From the human T2T-CHM13v2.0 reference genome, Homo sapiens: a stretch of 64,000 bases of DNA. The stretch lies in the NCBI RefSeq assembly GCF_009914755.1, contig NC_060939.1. One strand, written 5' to 3'. Both the position numbers and the translations under genes were made by a program. Positions 12,401-26,071 of the stretch are shown in pieces. The first letter of the stretch is position 1. Each line of letters opens with the position of its first letter. A model generated the notes under the pieces. It did no database searches. It worked only from the letters and a program-made list of their open reading frames with translations, and had not been told where the DNA came from.

Positions 12401-15400
12401 TCCTTTCGTTTCCATTCCATTTGATGCCATTCCGTTCAATTCTGTTCTACTCGACTCCAATACATTCAATTCCATTCCATCCGATTCCATTACATTCTTT
12501 TCATTTCTTATCCATTTCAAGCCATTCCACTCCATTCCATTCCACTCGTTTCCTTTCCATTCGAGTCCATTCCTCTCCAGTCCATTCCGTTCAATCCATT
12601 CCATTCCAGTCCATTCCATTCGAGTCCGTTCCATTCCAGTCCATTCCATTCGAGTCAATTCCATCCCATTCGATGTCTTTCCATAACGATCCATTCCATT
12701 CTATACCTTTCGATTCCATTCCATTCTATTTCATTCCATTCGATTCCCTTCCATTGGACTCCTTTCCATTCGAGTGCATTCCATTCCGTTCCATTTTTTC
12801 CGTTCTGTACGATTCCTACCGTTCGATTTCATTTTGTTCCAGTCCATTCCTTTCGCGTCCATTCCATTCCATTTCACTCCATTCGATTCCATTCCACTCG
12901 ATTCCACTTCGTTCCATTTCATTGCATTCCATTCTATTTAACTCTATTGCCTTCCATTCCATTCCATTCGATTACATTCCATGCGATTCCATTCGAAATC
13001 GAATCAATTACATTGCAATCCATTACTATTGAGTCCGTTTTATTCCAGTCCACTGCATTCTGGTCCATTCCATTTGATTCCATTCCATTCTATTCCATTC
13101 CATACAATTGCATTCCATTGGATTCCATGCTATCTCTATAAATTCAATTCGAGACCATTGCTTTTGAGTCCATTCTATATGATTCCATTCCATTCAAGTC
13201 CATTACATTTGGTTCAATTCCATTCCATTCAATTCCCTTCCATTCCATTCCAGTTGATATCAATCCATTCGATTCCATTCCACTCGAGCACATTCCATTC
13301 GAGTCCATTCCACTCGATGCCATTCCATTTGATTCTATTCCATTAGTCTCCATTCAATTCCATTAATCTCCATTCCATTCCATTCTACTCCAACTGATTC
13401 CATTCCATTCTATTCCTTTCCATTCCATTTCATTCCATTCCATTCCATTTCATTCCATTCCATTCCATTCGTGTCCATTCCACTCCAGTCCATTCCATTC
13501 GTGTCCATTCCATTCCAGTCCATTCCATTTGTGTCCACTGCATTCCATTCCACTCCATTCCATATTATTCCATTACACTCCATTCCATTCTATTACTTTC
13601 ATTTCCATTCAATTCCATTCCATTTGATTCCATTCCACTCGGTTTCATTCCATTTGAGTCCACTCCATTCCATTCCATTCCATTCAGTTCCATTCCATTC
13701 TGTTCCATTCCATTCCGTTCCATTACATTCCATTCCATTCGGTACCATTCCATATTGTTCCATTCGATTCCATTCGAATCCATTCCATTCCAGTCCATTC
13801 CATTCGATTCCATTCCATTCATTTCAATTCCATTCCATTCCATTCCATTACATTCCACTTGATTCCTCTCCATTCCCTTCCACTGCATTCCATTCGATTC
13901 CATTCCATTGCATTGCATTCCATTCTATTGGATTGCATTCCATTCGATTCCATTCCATTCGAATCAATTACATAGCAATCCATTACATTCGAGTCTATTC
14001 TATTCCGTTCCATTCGATTTCGTTCCAATCCATTCAATTCCATTCCATTCGATTCCATTCCATACTATTGCATTCCATTCGATTACATTATATTCGAATA
14101 AGTTCCATTCAAGACCATTTCTTTTGAGTCCATTCTATTTGAGTCCATTCCCTTTGATTCCATAACATTTGAGTCCATTCAATTCCATTCCTTTCGTTTC
14201 CATTCCATTTGATGCCATTCCATTCAATTCTGTTCTACTCGACTCCAATACATTCAATTCCATTCCATCCGATTCCATTACATTCTTTTCATTTCTTATC
14301 CATTTCAAGCCATTCCACTCCATTCCATTCCACTCGTTTCCTTTCCATTCGAGTCCATTCCTCTCCAGTCCATTCCGTTCAATCCATTCCATTCCAGTCC
14401 ATTCCATTCGAGTCCGTTCCATTCCAGTCCATTCCATTCGAGTCAATTCCATCCCATTCGATGTCTTTCCATAACGATCCATTCCATTCTATTCCTTTCG
14501 ATTCCATTCCATTCTATTTCATTCCATTCGATTCCCTTCCATTGGACTCCTTTCCATTCGAGTGCATTCCATTCCGTTCCATTTCTTTCCGTTCTGTACG
14601 ATTCCTACCGTTCGATTTCATTTTGTTCCAGTCCATTCCTTTCGCGTCCATTCCATTCCATTTCACTCCATTCGATTCCATTCCACTCGATTCCACTTCG
14701 TTCCATTTCATTGCATTCCATTCTATTCAACTCTATTGCCTTCCATTCCATTCCATTCGATTACATTCCATGCGATTCCATTCGAAATCGAATCAATTAC
14801 ATTGCAATCCATTACTATTGAGTCCATTTTATTCCAGTCCACTGCATTCTGGTCCATTCCATTTGATTCCATTCCATTCTATTCCATTCCATACAGTTGC
14901 ATTCCATTGGATTCCATTCTATATCTATAAATTCAATTCGAGACCATTGCTTTTGAGTCCATTCTATATGATTCCATTCCATTCAAGTCCATTACATTTG
15001 GTTCAATTCCATTCCATTCCAGTTGATATCAATCCATTCGATTCCATTCCATTCGAGCACATTCCATTCGAGTCCATTCCATTCGATGCCATTCCATTTG
15101 ATTCTATTCCATTAGTCTCCATTCAATTCCATTAATCTCCATTCCATTCCATTCTACTCCAACTGATTCCATTCCATTCTATTCCTTTCCATTCCATTTC
15201 ATTCCATTCCATTCCATTTCATTCCATTCCATTCCATTCGTGTCCATTCCTCTCCAGTCCATTCCATTCGTGTCCATTCCATTCCAGTCCATTCCATTTG
15301 TGTCCACTGCATTCCATTCCACTCCATTCCATATTATTCCATTACACTCCATTCCATTCTATTACTTTCATTTCCATTCAATTCCATTCCATTTGATTCC

Positions 15401-18400
15401 ATTCCACTCGGTTTCATTCCATTTGAGTCCACTCCATTCCATTCCATTCCATTCCATTCAGTTCCATTCCATTCTGTTCCATTCCATTCCGTTCCATTAC
15501 ATTCCATTCCATTCGGTACCATTCCATATTGTTCCATTCGATTCCATTCTAATCCATTCCATTCCAGTCCATTCCCTTCGATTCCATTCCATTCATTTCA
15601 ATTCCATTCCATTCCATTCCATTACATTCCACTTGATTCCTCTCCATTCCCTTCCACTGCATTCCGTTCGATTCCATTCCATTGCATTGCATTCCATTCC
15701 ATTGGATTGCATTCCATTCGATTCCATTCCATTCGAATCAATTACATAGCAATCCATTACATTCGAGTGTATTCTATTCCGTTCCATTCGATTTCGTTCC
15801 AATCCATTTGATTCCATTCCATTCGATTCCATTCCAAACTATTGCATTCCATTTGATTACATTATATTCGAATAAGTTCCATTCAAGACCATTTCTTTTG
15901 AGTCCATTCTATTTGAGTCCATTCCCTTTGATTCCATAACATTTGAGTCCATTCAATTCCATTCCTTTCGTTTCCATTCCATTTGATGCCATTCCATTCA
16001 ATTCTGTTCTACTCGACTCCAATACATTCAGTTCCATTCCATCCGATTCCATTACATTCTTTTCATTTCTTATCCATTTCAAGCCATTCCACTCCATTCC
16101 ATTCCACTCGTTTCCTTTCCATTCGAGTCCATTCCTCTCCAGTCCATTCCGTTCAATCCATTCCATTCCAGTCCATTCCATTCGAGTCCGTTCCATTCCA
16201 GTCCATTCCATTCGAGTCAATTCCATCCCATTCGATGTCTTTCCATAACGATCCATTCCATTCTATTCCTTTCGATTCCATTCCATTCTATTTCATTCCA
16301 TTCGATTCCCTTCCATTGGACTCCTTTCCATTCGAGTGCATTCCATTCCGTTCCATTTCTTTCCGTTCTGTACGATTCCTACCGTTCGATTTCATTTTGT
16401 TCCAGTCCATTCCTTTCGCGTCCATTCCATTCCATTTCACTCCATTCGATTCCATTCCACTCGATTCCACTTCGTTCCATTTCATTGCATTCCATTCTAT
16501 TCAACTCTATTGCCTTCCATTCCATTCCATTCGATTACATTCCATGCGATTCCATTCGAAATCGAATCAATTACATTGCTATCCATTACTATTGAGTCCG
16601 TTTTATTCCAGTCCACTGCATTCTGGTCCATTCCATTTGATTCCATTCCATTCTATTCCATTCCATACAGTTGCATTCCATTGGAGTCCATTCTATATCT
16701 ATAAATTCAATTCGAGACCATTGCTTTTGATTCCATTCTATATGATTCCATTCCATTCAAGTCCATTACATTTGGTTCAATTCCATTCCATTCCATTCCC
16801 TTCCATTCCATTCCAGTTGATATCAATCCATTCGATTCCATTCCATTCGAGCACATTCCATTCGAGTCCATTCCATTCGATGCCGTTCCATTTGATTCTA
16901 TTCCATTAGTCTCCATTCAATTCCATTAATCTCCATTCCATTCCATTCTACTCCAACTGATTCCATTCCATTCTATTCCTTTCCATTCGATTTCATTCCA
17001 TTCCATTCCATTTCATTCCATTCCATTCCATTCGTGTCCATTCCACTCCAGTCCATTCCATTCGTGTCCATTCCATTCCAGTCCATTCCATTTGTGTCCA
17101 CTGCATTCCATTCCACTCCATTCCATATTATTCCATTACACTCCATTCCATTCTATTACTTTCATTTCCATTCAATTCCATTCCATTTGATTCCATTCCA
17201 CTCGGTTTCATTCCATTTGAGTCCACTCCATTCCATTCCATTCCATTCCATTCAGTTCTATTACATTCTGTTCCATTCCATTCCGTTCCATTCCATTCCA
17301 TTCCATTCGGTACCATTCCATAGTGTTCCATTCGATTCCATTCGAATCCATTCCATTCCAGTCCATTCCATTCGATTCCATTCCATTCATTTCAATTCCA
17401 TTCCATTCCATTCCATTACATTCCACTTGATTCCTCTCCATTCACTTCCACTGCATTCCGTTCGATTCCATTCCATTGCATTGCATTCCATTCCATTGGA
17501 TTGCATTCCATTCGATTCCATTCCATTCGAATCAATTACATAGCAATCCATTACATTCAAGTCTATTCTATTCCCTTCCATTCGATTTTGTTCCAATCCA
17601 TTCGATTCCATTCCATTCGATTCCATTCCATACTATTGCATTCCATTCGATTACATTATATTCGAATAAGTTCCATTCAAGACCATTTCTTTTGAGTCCA
17701 TTCTGTTTGAGTCCATTCCCTTTGATTCCATAACCTTTGAGTCCATTCAATTCCATTCCTTTCGTTTCCATTCCATTTGATGCCATTCCATTCAATTCTG
17801 TTCTACTCGACTCCAATACATTCAATTCCATTCCATCCGATTCCATTACATTCTTTTCATTTCTTATCCATTTCAAGCCATTCCACTCCATTCCATTCCA
17901 CTCGTTTCCTTTCCATTCGAGTCCATTCCTCTCCAGTCCATTCCGTTCAATCCATTCCATTCCAGTCCATTCCATTCGAGTCCGTTCCATTCCAGTCCAT
18001 TCCATTCGAGTCAATTCCATTCCATTCGATGTCTTTCCATAACGATCCATTCCATTCTATTCCTTTCGATTCCATTCCATTCTATTTCATTCCATTCGAT
18101 TCCCTTCCATTGGACTCCTTTCCATTCGAGTGCATTCCATTCCGTTCCATTTCTTTCCGTTCTGTACGATTCCTACCGTTCGATTTCATTTTGTTCCAGT
18201 CCATTCCTTTCGCGTCCATTCCATTCCATTTCACTCCATTCGATTCCATTCCACTCGATTCCACTTCGTTCCATTTCACTGCATTCCATTCTATTCAACT
18301 CTATTGCCTTCCATTCCATTCCATTCGATTACATTCCATGCGATTCCATTCGAAATCGAATCAATTACATTGCAATCCATTACTATTGAGTCCATTTTAT

Positions 18401-21310
18401 TCCAGTCCACTGCATTCTGGTCCATTCCATTTGATTCCATTCCATTCTATTCCATTCCATACAGTTGCATTCCATTGGATTCCATTCTATATCTATAAAT
18501 TGAATTCGAGACCATTGCTTTTGAGTCCATTCTATATGATTCCATTCCATTCAAGTCCATTACATTTGGTTCAATTCCATTCCATTCCATTCCCTTCCAT
18601 TCCATTCCAGTTGATATCAATCCATTCGATTCCATTCCATTCGAGCACATTCCATTCGAGTCCATTCCATTCGATGCCATTCCATTTGATTCTATTCCAT
18701 TAGTCTCCATTCAATTCCATTAATTTCCATTCCATTCCATTCTACTCCAACTGATTCCATTCCATTCTATTCCTTTCCATTCCATTTCATTCCATTCCAT
18801 TCCATTTCATTCCATTCCATTCCATTTCATTCCATTCCATTCCATTCGTGTCCATTCCATTCCAGTCCATTCCATTTGTGTCCACTACATTCCATTCCAC
18901 TCCATTCCATATTATTCCATTACACTCCATTCCATTCTATTACTTTCATTTCCATTCAATTCCATTCCATTTGATTCCATTCCACTCGGTTTCATTCCAT
19001 TTGAGTCCACTCCATTCCATTCCATTCCATTCAGTTCCATTCCATTCTGTTCCATTCCATTCCGTTCCATTACATTCCATTCCATTCGGTACCATTCCAT
19101 ATTGTTCCATTCGATTCCATTCGAATCCATTCCATTCCAGTCCATTCCATTCGATTCCATTCCATTCGTTTCATTTCCATTCCATTCCATTCCATTACAT
19201 TCCACTTGATTCCTCTCCATTCCCTTCCACTGCATTCCGTTCGATTCCATTCCATTGCATTGCATTCCATTCCATTGGATTGCATTCCATTCGATTCCAT
19301 TCCATTCGAATCAATTACATAGCAATCCATTACATTCGAGTCTATTCTATTCCGTTCCATACGATTTCGTTAAAAATCCATTCGATTCCATTCCATTCGA
19401 TTCCATTCCATACTATTGCATTCCATTCGATTACATTATATTCGAATAAGTTCCATTCAAGACCATTTCTTTTGAGTCCATTCTATTTGAGTCCATTCCC
19501 TTTGATTCCATAACATTTGAGTCCATTCAATTCCATTCCTTTCGTTTCCATTCCATTTGATGCCATTCCATTCAATTCTGTTCTACTCGACTCCAATACA
19601 TTCAATTCCATTCCATCCGATTCCATTACATTCTTTTCATTTCTTATCCATTTCAAGCCATTCCACTCCATTCCATTCCACTCGTTTCCTTTCCATTCGA
19701 GTCCATTCCTCTCCAGTCCATTCCGTTCAATCCATTCCATTCCAGTCCATTCCATTCGAGTCCGTTCCATTCCAGTCCATTCCATTCGAGTCAATTCCAT
19801 CCCATTCGATGTCTTTCCATAACGATCCATTCCATTCTATTCCTTTCGATTCCATTCCATTCTATTTCATTCCATTCGATTCCCTTCCATTGGACTCCTT
19901 TCCATTCGAGTGCATTCCATTCCGTTCCATTTCTTTCCGTTCTGTACGATTCCTACCGTTCGATTTCATTTTGTTCCAGTCCATTCCTTTCGCGTCCATT
20001 CCATTCCATTTCACTCCATTCGATTCCATTCCACTCGATTCCACTTCGTTCCATTTCATTGCATTCCATTCTATTCAACTCTATTGCCTTCCATTCCATT
20101 CCATTCGATTACATTCCATGCGATTCCATTCGAAATCGAATCAATTACATTGCTATCCATTACTATTGAGTCCGTTTTATTCCAGTCCACTGCATTCTGG
20201 TCCATTCCATTTGATTCCATTCCATTCTATTCCATTCCATACAGTTGCATTCCATTGGAGTCCATTCTATATCTATAAATTCAATTCGAGACCATTGCTT
20301 TTGAGTCCATTCTATATGATTCCATTCCATTCAAGTCCATTACATTTGGTTCAATTCCATTCCATTCCATTCCCTTCCATTCCATTCCAGTTGATATCAA
20401 TCCATTCGATTCCATTCCATTCGAGCACATTCCATTCGAGTCCATTCCATTCGATGCCATTCCATTTGATTCTATTCCATTAGTCTCCATTCAATTCCAT
20501 TAATCTCCATTCCATTCCATTCTACTCCAAATGATTCCATTCCATTCTATTCCTTTCCATTCCATTTCATTCCATTCCATTCCATTTCATTCCATTCCAT
20601 TCCATTCGTGTCCATTCCACTCCAGTCCATTCCATTCGTGTCCATTCCATTCCAGTCCATTCCATTTGTGTCCACTGCATTCCATTCCACTCCATTCCAT
20701 ATTATTCCATTACACTCCATTCCATTCTCTTACTTTCATTTCCATTCAATTCCATTCCATTTGATTCCATTCCACTCGGTTTCATTCCATTTGAGTCCAC
20801 TCCATTCCATTCCATTCCATTCCATTCAGTTCTATTCCATTCTGTTCCATTCCATTCCGTTCCATTACATTCCATTCCATTCGGTACCATTCCATAGTGT
20901 TCCATTCGATTCCATTCGAATCCATTCCATTCCAGTCCATTCCATTCGATTCCATTCCATTCATTTCAATTCCATTCCATTCCATTCCATTACATTCCAC
21001 TTGATTCCTCTCCATTCCCTTCCACTGCATTCCGTTCGATTCCATTCCATTGCATTGCATTCCATTCCATTGGATTGCATTCCATTCGATTCCATTCCAT
21101 TCGAATCAATTACATAGCAATCCATTACATTCAAGTCTATTCTATTCCCTTCCATTCGATTTTGTTCCAATCCATTCGATTCCATTCCATTCGATTCCAT
21201 TCCATACTATTGCATTCCATTCGATTACATTATATTCGAATAAGTTCCATTCAAGACCATTTCTTTTCAGTCCATTCTGTTTGAGTCCATTCCCTTTGAT
21301 TCCATAACCT

Positions 21311-22404
21311 TTGAGTCCATTCAATTCCATTCCTTTCGTTTCCATTCCATTTGATGCCATTCCATTCAATTCTGTTCTACTCGACTCCAATGCATTCAAT
21401 TCCATTCCATCCGATTCCATTACATTCTTTTCATTTCTTATCCATTTCAAGCCATTCCACTCCATTCCATTCCACTCGTTTCCTTTCCATTCGAGTCCAT
21501 TCCTCTCCAGTCCATTCCGTTCAATCCATTCCATTCCAGTCCATTCCATTCGAGTCCGTTCCATTCCACTCCATTCCATTCGATGCCATTCCATTTGATT
21601 CTATTCCATTAGTCTCCATTCAATTCCATTAATCTCCACTCCATTCCATTCTACTCCAACTGATTCCATTCCATTCTATTCCTTTCCATTCCATTTCATT
21701 CCATTCCATTCCATTTCATTCCATTCCATTCGTGTCCATTCCACTCCAGTCCATTCCATTTGTGTCCACTGCATTCCATTCCACTCCATTCCATATTATT
21801 CCATTACACTCCATTCCATTCTATTACTTTCATTTCCATTCAATTCCATTCCATTTGATTCCATTCCACTCGGTTTCATTCCATTTGAGTCCACTCCATT
21901 CCATTCCATTCCATTCCATTCAGTTCCATTCCATTCTGTTCCATTCCATTCCGTTCCATTGCATTCCATTCCATTCGGTACCATTCCATATTGTTCCATT
22001 CGATTCCATTCGAATCCATTCCATTCCAGTCCATTCCATTCGATTCCATTCCATTCCTTTCAATTCCATTCCATTCCATTCCATTACATTCCACTTGATT
22101 CCACTCCATTCCCTTCCACTGCATTCCGTTCGATTCCATTCCATTGCATTGCATTCCATTCCATTGGACTGCATTCCATTCGATTCCATTCCATTCGAAT
22201 CAATTACATAGCAATCCATTACATTCGAGTCTATTCTATTCCGTTCCATTCGATTTCGTTCCAATCCATTCGATTCCATTCCATTCGATTCCATTCCATA
22301 CTATTGCATTCCATTCGATTACATTATATTCGAATAAGTTCCATTCAAGACCATTTCTTTTGAGTCCATTCTATTTGAGTCCATTCCCTTTGATTCCATA
22401 ACAT
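21311..22404 (+). repeat. Internally deleted unit (1094 bp)
   Basis: Landmark spacing 21311 to 22405. 'cgagtccgtt' (21551) is followed 30 bp later by 'cgatgccatt' (21581), versus 695 bp in the preceding unit (19757 to 20452). Confidence 0.93.
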
Positions 22405-24167
22405 TTGAGTCCATTCAATTCCATTCCTTTCGTTTCCATTCCATTTGATGCCATTCCACTCAATTCTGTTCTACTCGACTCCAATACATTCAATTCCATT
22501 CCATCCGATTCCATTACATTCTTTTCATTTCTTATCCATTTCAAGCCATTCCACTCCATTCCATTCCACTCGTTTCCTTTCCATTCGAGTCCATTCCTCT
22601 CCAGTGCATTCCGTTCAATCCATTCCATTCCAGTCCATTCCATTCGAGTCCGTTCCATTCCAGTCCATTCCATTCGAGTCAATTCCATTCCATTCGATGT
22701 CTTCCATAACGATCCATTCCATTCTATTCCTTTCGATTCCATTCCATTCTATTTCATTCCATTCGATTCCCTTCCATTGGACTCCTTTCCATTCGAGTGC
22801 ATTCCATTCCGTTCCATTTCTTTCCGTTCTGTACGATTCTTACCGTTCGATTTCATTTTGTTCCAGTCCATTCCTTTCGCGTCCATTCCATTCCATTTCA
22901 CTCCATTCGATTCCATTCCACTCGATTCCACCTCGTTCCATTTCATTGCATTCCATTCTATTCAACTCTATTGCCTTCCATTCCATTCCATTCGATTACA
23001 TTCCATGCGATTCCATTCGAAATCGAATCAATTACATTGCAATCCATTACTATTGAGTCCGTTTTATTCCAGTCCACTGCATTCTGGTCCATTCCATTTG
23101 ATTCCATTCCATTCTATTCCATTCCATACAGTTGCATTCCATTGGATTCCATGCTATATCTATAAATTCAATTCGAGACCATTGCTTTTGAGTCCATTCT
23201 ATATGATTCCATTCCATTCAAGTCCATTACATTTGGTTCAATTCCATTCCATTCCAGTTGATATCAATCCATTCGATTCCATTCCATTCGAGCACATTCC
23301 ATTCGAGTCCATTCCATTCGATGCCATTCCATTTGATTCTATTCCATTAGTCTCCATTCAATTCCATTAATCTCCATTCCTTTCCATTCTACTCCAACTG
23401 ATTCCATTCCATTCTATTCCTTTCCATTCGATTTCATTCCATTCCATTCCATTTCATTCCATTCCATTCCATTCGTGTCCATTCCACTCCAGTCCATTCC
23501 ATTCGTGTCCATTCCATTCCAGTCCATTCCATTTGTGTCCACTGCATTCCATTCCACTCCATTCCATATTATTCCATTACACTCCATTCCATTCTATTAC
23601 TTTCATTTCCATTCAATTCCATTCCGTTTGATTCCATTCCACTCGGTTTCATTCCATTTGAGTCCACTCCATTCCATTCCATTCCATTCCATTCCATTCA
23701 GTTCCATTCCATTCTGTTCCATTCCATTCCGTTCCATTACATTCCATTCCATTCGGTACCATTCCATATTGTTCCATTCGATTCCATTCGAATCCATTCC
23801 ATTCCAGTCCATTCCATTCGATTCCATTCCATTCATTTAAATTCCATTCCATTCCATTCCATTACATTCCACTTGATTCCTCTCCATTCCCTTCCACTGC
23901 ATTCCGTTCGATTCCATTCCATTGCATTGCATTCCATTCCATTGGATTGCATTCCATTCGATTCCATTCCATTCGAATCAATTACATAGCAATCCATTAC
24001 ATTCGAGTCTATTCTATTCCGTTCCATTCGATTTCGTTCCAATCCATTCGATTCCATTCCATACTATTGCATTCCATTCTATAACATTATATTCGAATAA
24101 GTTCCATTCAAGACCATTTCTTTTGAGTCCATTCTATTTGAGTCCATTCCCTTTGATTCCATAACAT

Positions 24168-26071
24168 TTGAGTCCATTCAATTCCATTCCTTTCGTTCCC
24201 ATTCCATTTGATGCCATTCCATTCAATTCTGTTCTACTCGACTCCAATACATTCAATTCCATTCCATCCGATTCCATTCCATTCTTTTCATTTCTTATCC
24301 ATTTCAAGCCATTCCACTCCATTCCATTCCACTCGTTTCCTTTCCATTCGAGTCCATTCCTCTCCAGTCCATTCCGTTCAATCCATTCCATTCCAGTCCA
24401 TTCCATTCGAGTCCGTTCCATTCCAGTCCACTCCATTCGAGTCAATTCCATCCCATTCGATGTCTTTCCATAACGATCCATTCCATTCTATTCCTTTCGA
24501 TTCCATTCCATTCTACTTCATTCAATTCGATTCCCTTCCATTGGACTCCTTTCCATTCGAGTGCATTCCATTCCGTTCCATTTCTTACCGTTCTGTACGA
24601 TTCCTACCGTTCGATATCATTTTGTTCCAGTCCATTCCTTTCGCGTCCATTCCATTCCATTTCACTCCATTCGATTCCATTCCACTCGATTCCACTTCGT
24701 TCCATTTCATTGCATTCCATTCTATTCAACTCTATTGCCTTCCATTCCATTCCATTCGATTACATTCCATGCGATTCCATTCGAAATCGAATCAATTACA
24801 TTGCAATCCATTACTATTGAGTCCATTTTATTCCAGTCCACTGCATTCTGGTCCATTCCATTTGATTCCATTCCATTCTATTCCATTCCATACAGTTGCA
24901 TTCCATTGGATTCCATTCTATATCTGTAAATTCAATTCGAGACCATTGCTTTTGAATCCATTCTATATGATTCCATTCCATTCAAGTCCATTACATTTGG
25001 TTCAATTCCATTCCATTCCATTCCCTTCCATTCCATTCCAGTTGATATCAATCCATTCGATTCCATTCCATTCGAGCACATTCCATTTGAGTCCATTCCA
25101 TTCGATGCCATTCCATTTGATTCTATTCCATTAGTCTCCATTCAATTCCATTAATCTCCATTCCATTCCATTCTACTCCAACTGATTCCATTCCATACTA
25201 TTCCTTTCCATTCCATTTCATGCCATTCCATTCCATTTCATTCCATTCCATTCCATTTCATTCCATTCCATTCCATTTCATTCCATTCCATTCCATTCGC
25301 TTCCATTCCATTCGTGTCCATTCCACTCCAGTCCATTCCATTCGTGTCCATTCGATTCCAGTCCATTCCATTTGTGTCCACTGCATTCCATTCCACTCCA
25401 TTCCATATTATTCCATTACACTCCATTCCATTCTATTACTTTCATTTCCATTCAATTCCATTCCATTTGATTCCATTCCACTCGGTTTCATTCCATTTGA
25501 GTCCACTCCATTCCATTCCATTCCATTCCATTCAGTTCCATTCCATTCCGTTCCATTGCATTCCATTCCATTTGGTACCATTCCATATTGTTCCATTCGA
25601 TTCCATTCGAATCCATTCCATTCCAGTCCATTCCATTCGATTCCATTCCATTCCTTTCAATTCCATTCCATTCTATTCCATTACATTCCACTTGATTCCA
25701 CTCCATTCCCTTCCACTGCATTCCATTCGATTCCGTTCCATTGCATTGCGTTCCATTCCATTGGACTGCATTCCATTCGATTCCATTCCATTCGAATCAA
25801 TTACATAGCAATCCATTACATTCGAGTCTATTCTATTCCGTTCCATTCGATTACATTCCAATCGAATCAATTACATAGCAATCCATTACATTCGAGTCTA
25901 TTCTATTCCGTTCCATTCGATTTCATTCCAATCCATTCGATTCCATTCCATTCGATTCCATTCCATACTATTGCATTCCATTCGATTACATGATATTCGA
26001 ATAAGTTCCATTCAAGACCATTTCTTTTGAGTCCATTCTATTTGAGTCCATTCCCTTTGATTCCATAACAT
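24168..26071 (+). repeat. Expanded unit (1904 bp) with a 70-bp tandem duplication and a 20-mer expansion
   Basis: Landmark spacing 24168 to 26072. Duplicated block at 25792 and 25862. Four 'ccatttca' 20-mer steps at 25201-25280 instead of the usual two. Confidence 0.9.
25792..25931 (+). repeat. 70-bp tandem duplication within a unit
   Basis: 'tcgaatcaattacatagcaatccattacattcgagtctattctattccgttccattcgatt(a/t)cattccaa' occurs at 25792-25861 and again at 25862-25931, with one mismatch. Confidence 0.93.

Noticed and set aside
22405-23370. Longest ORF (321 aa)
   Set aside because: It is a chance fusion of two satellite frames by a 1-bp deletion near 22701.
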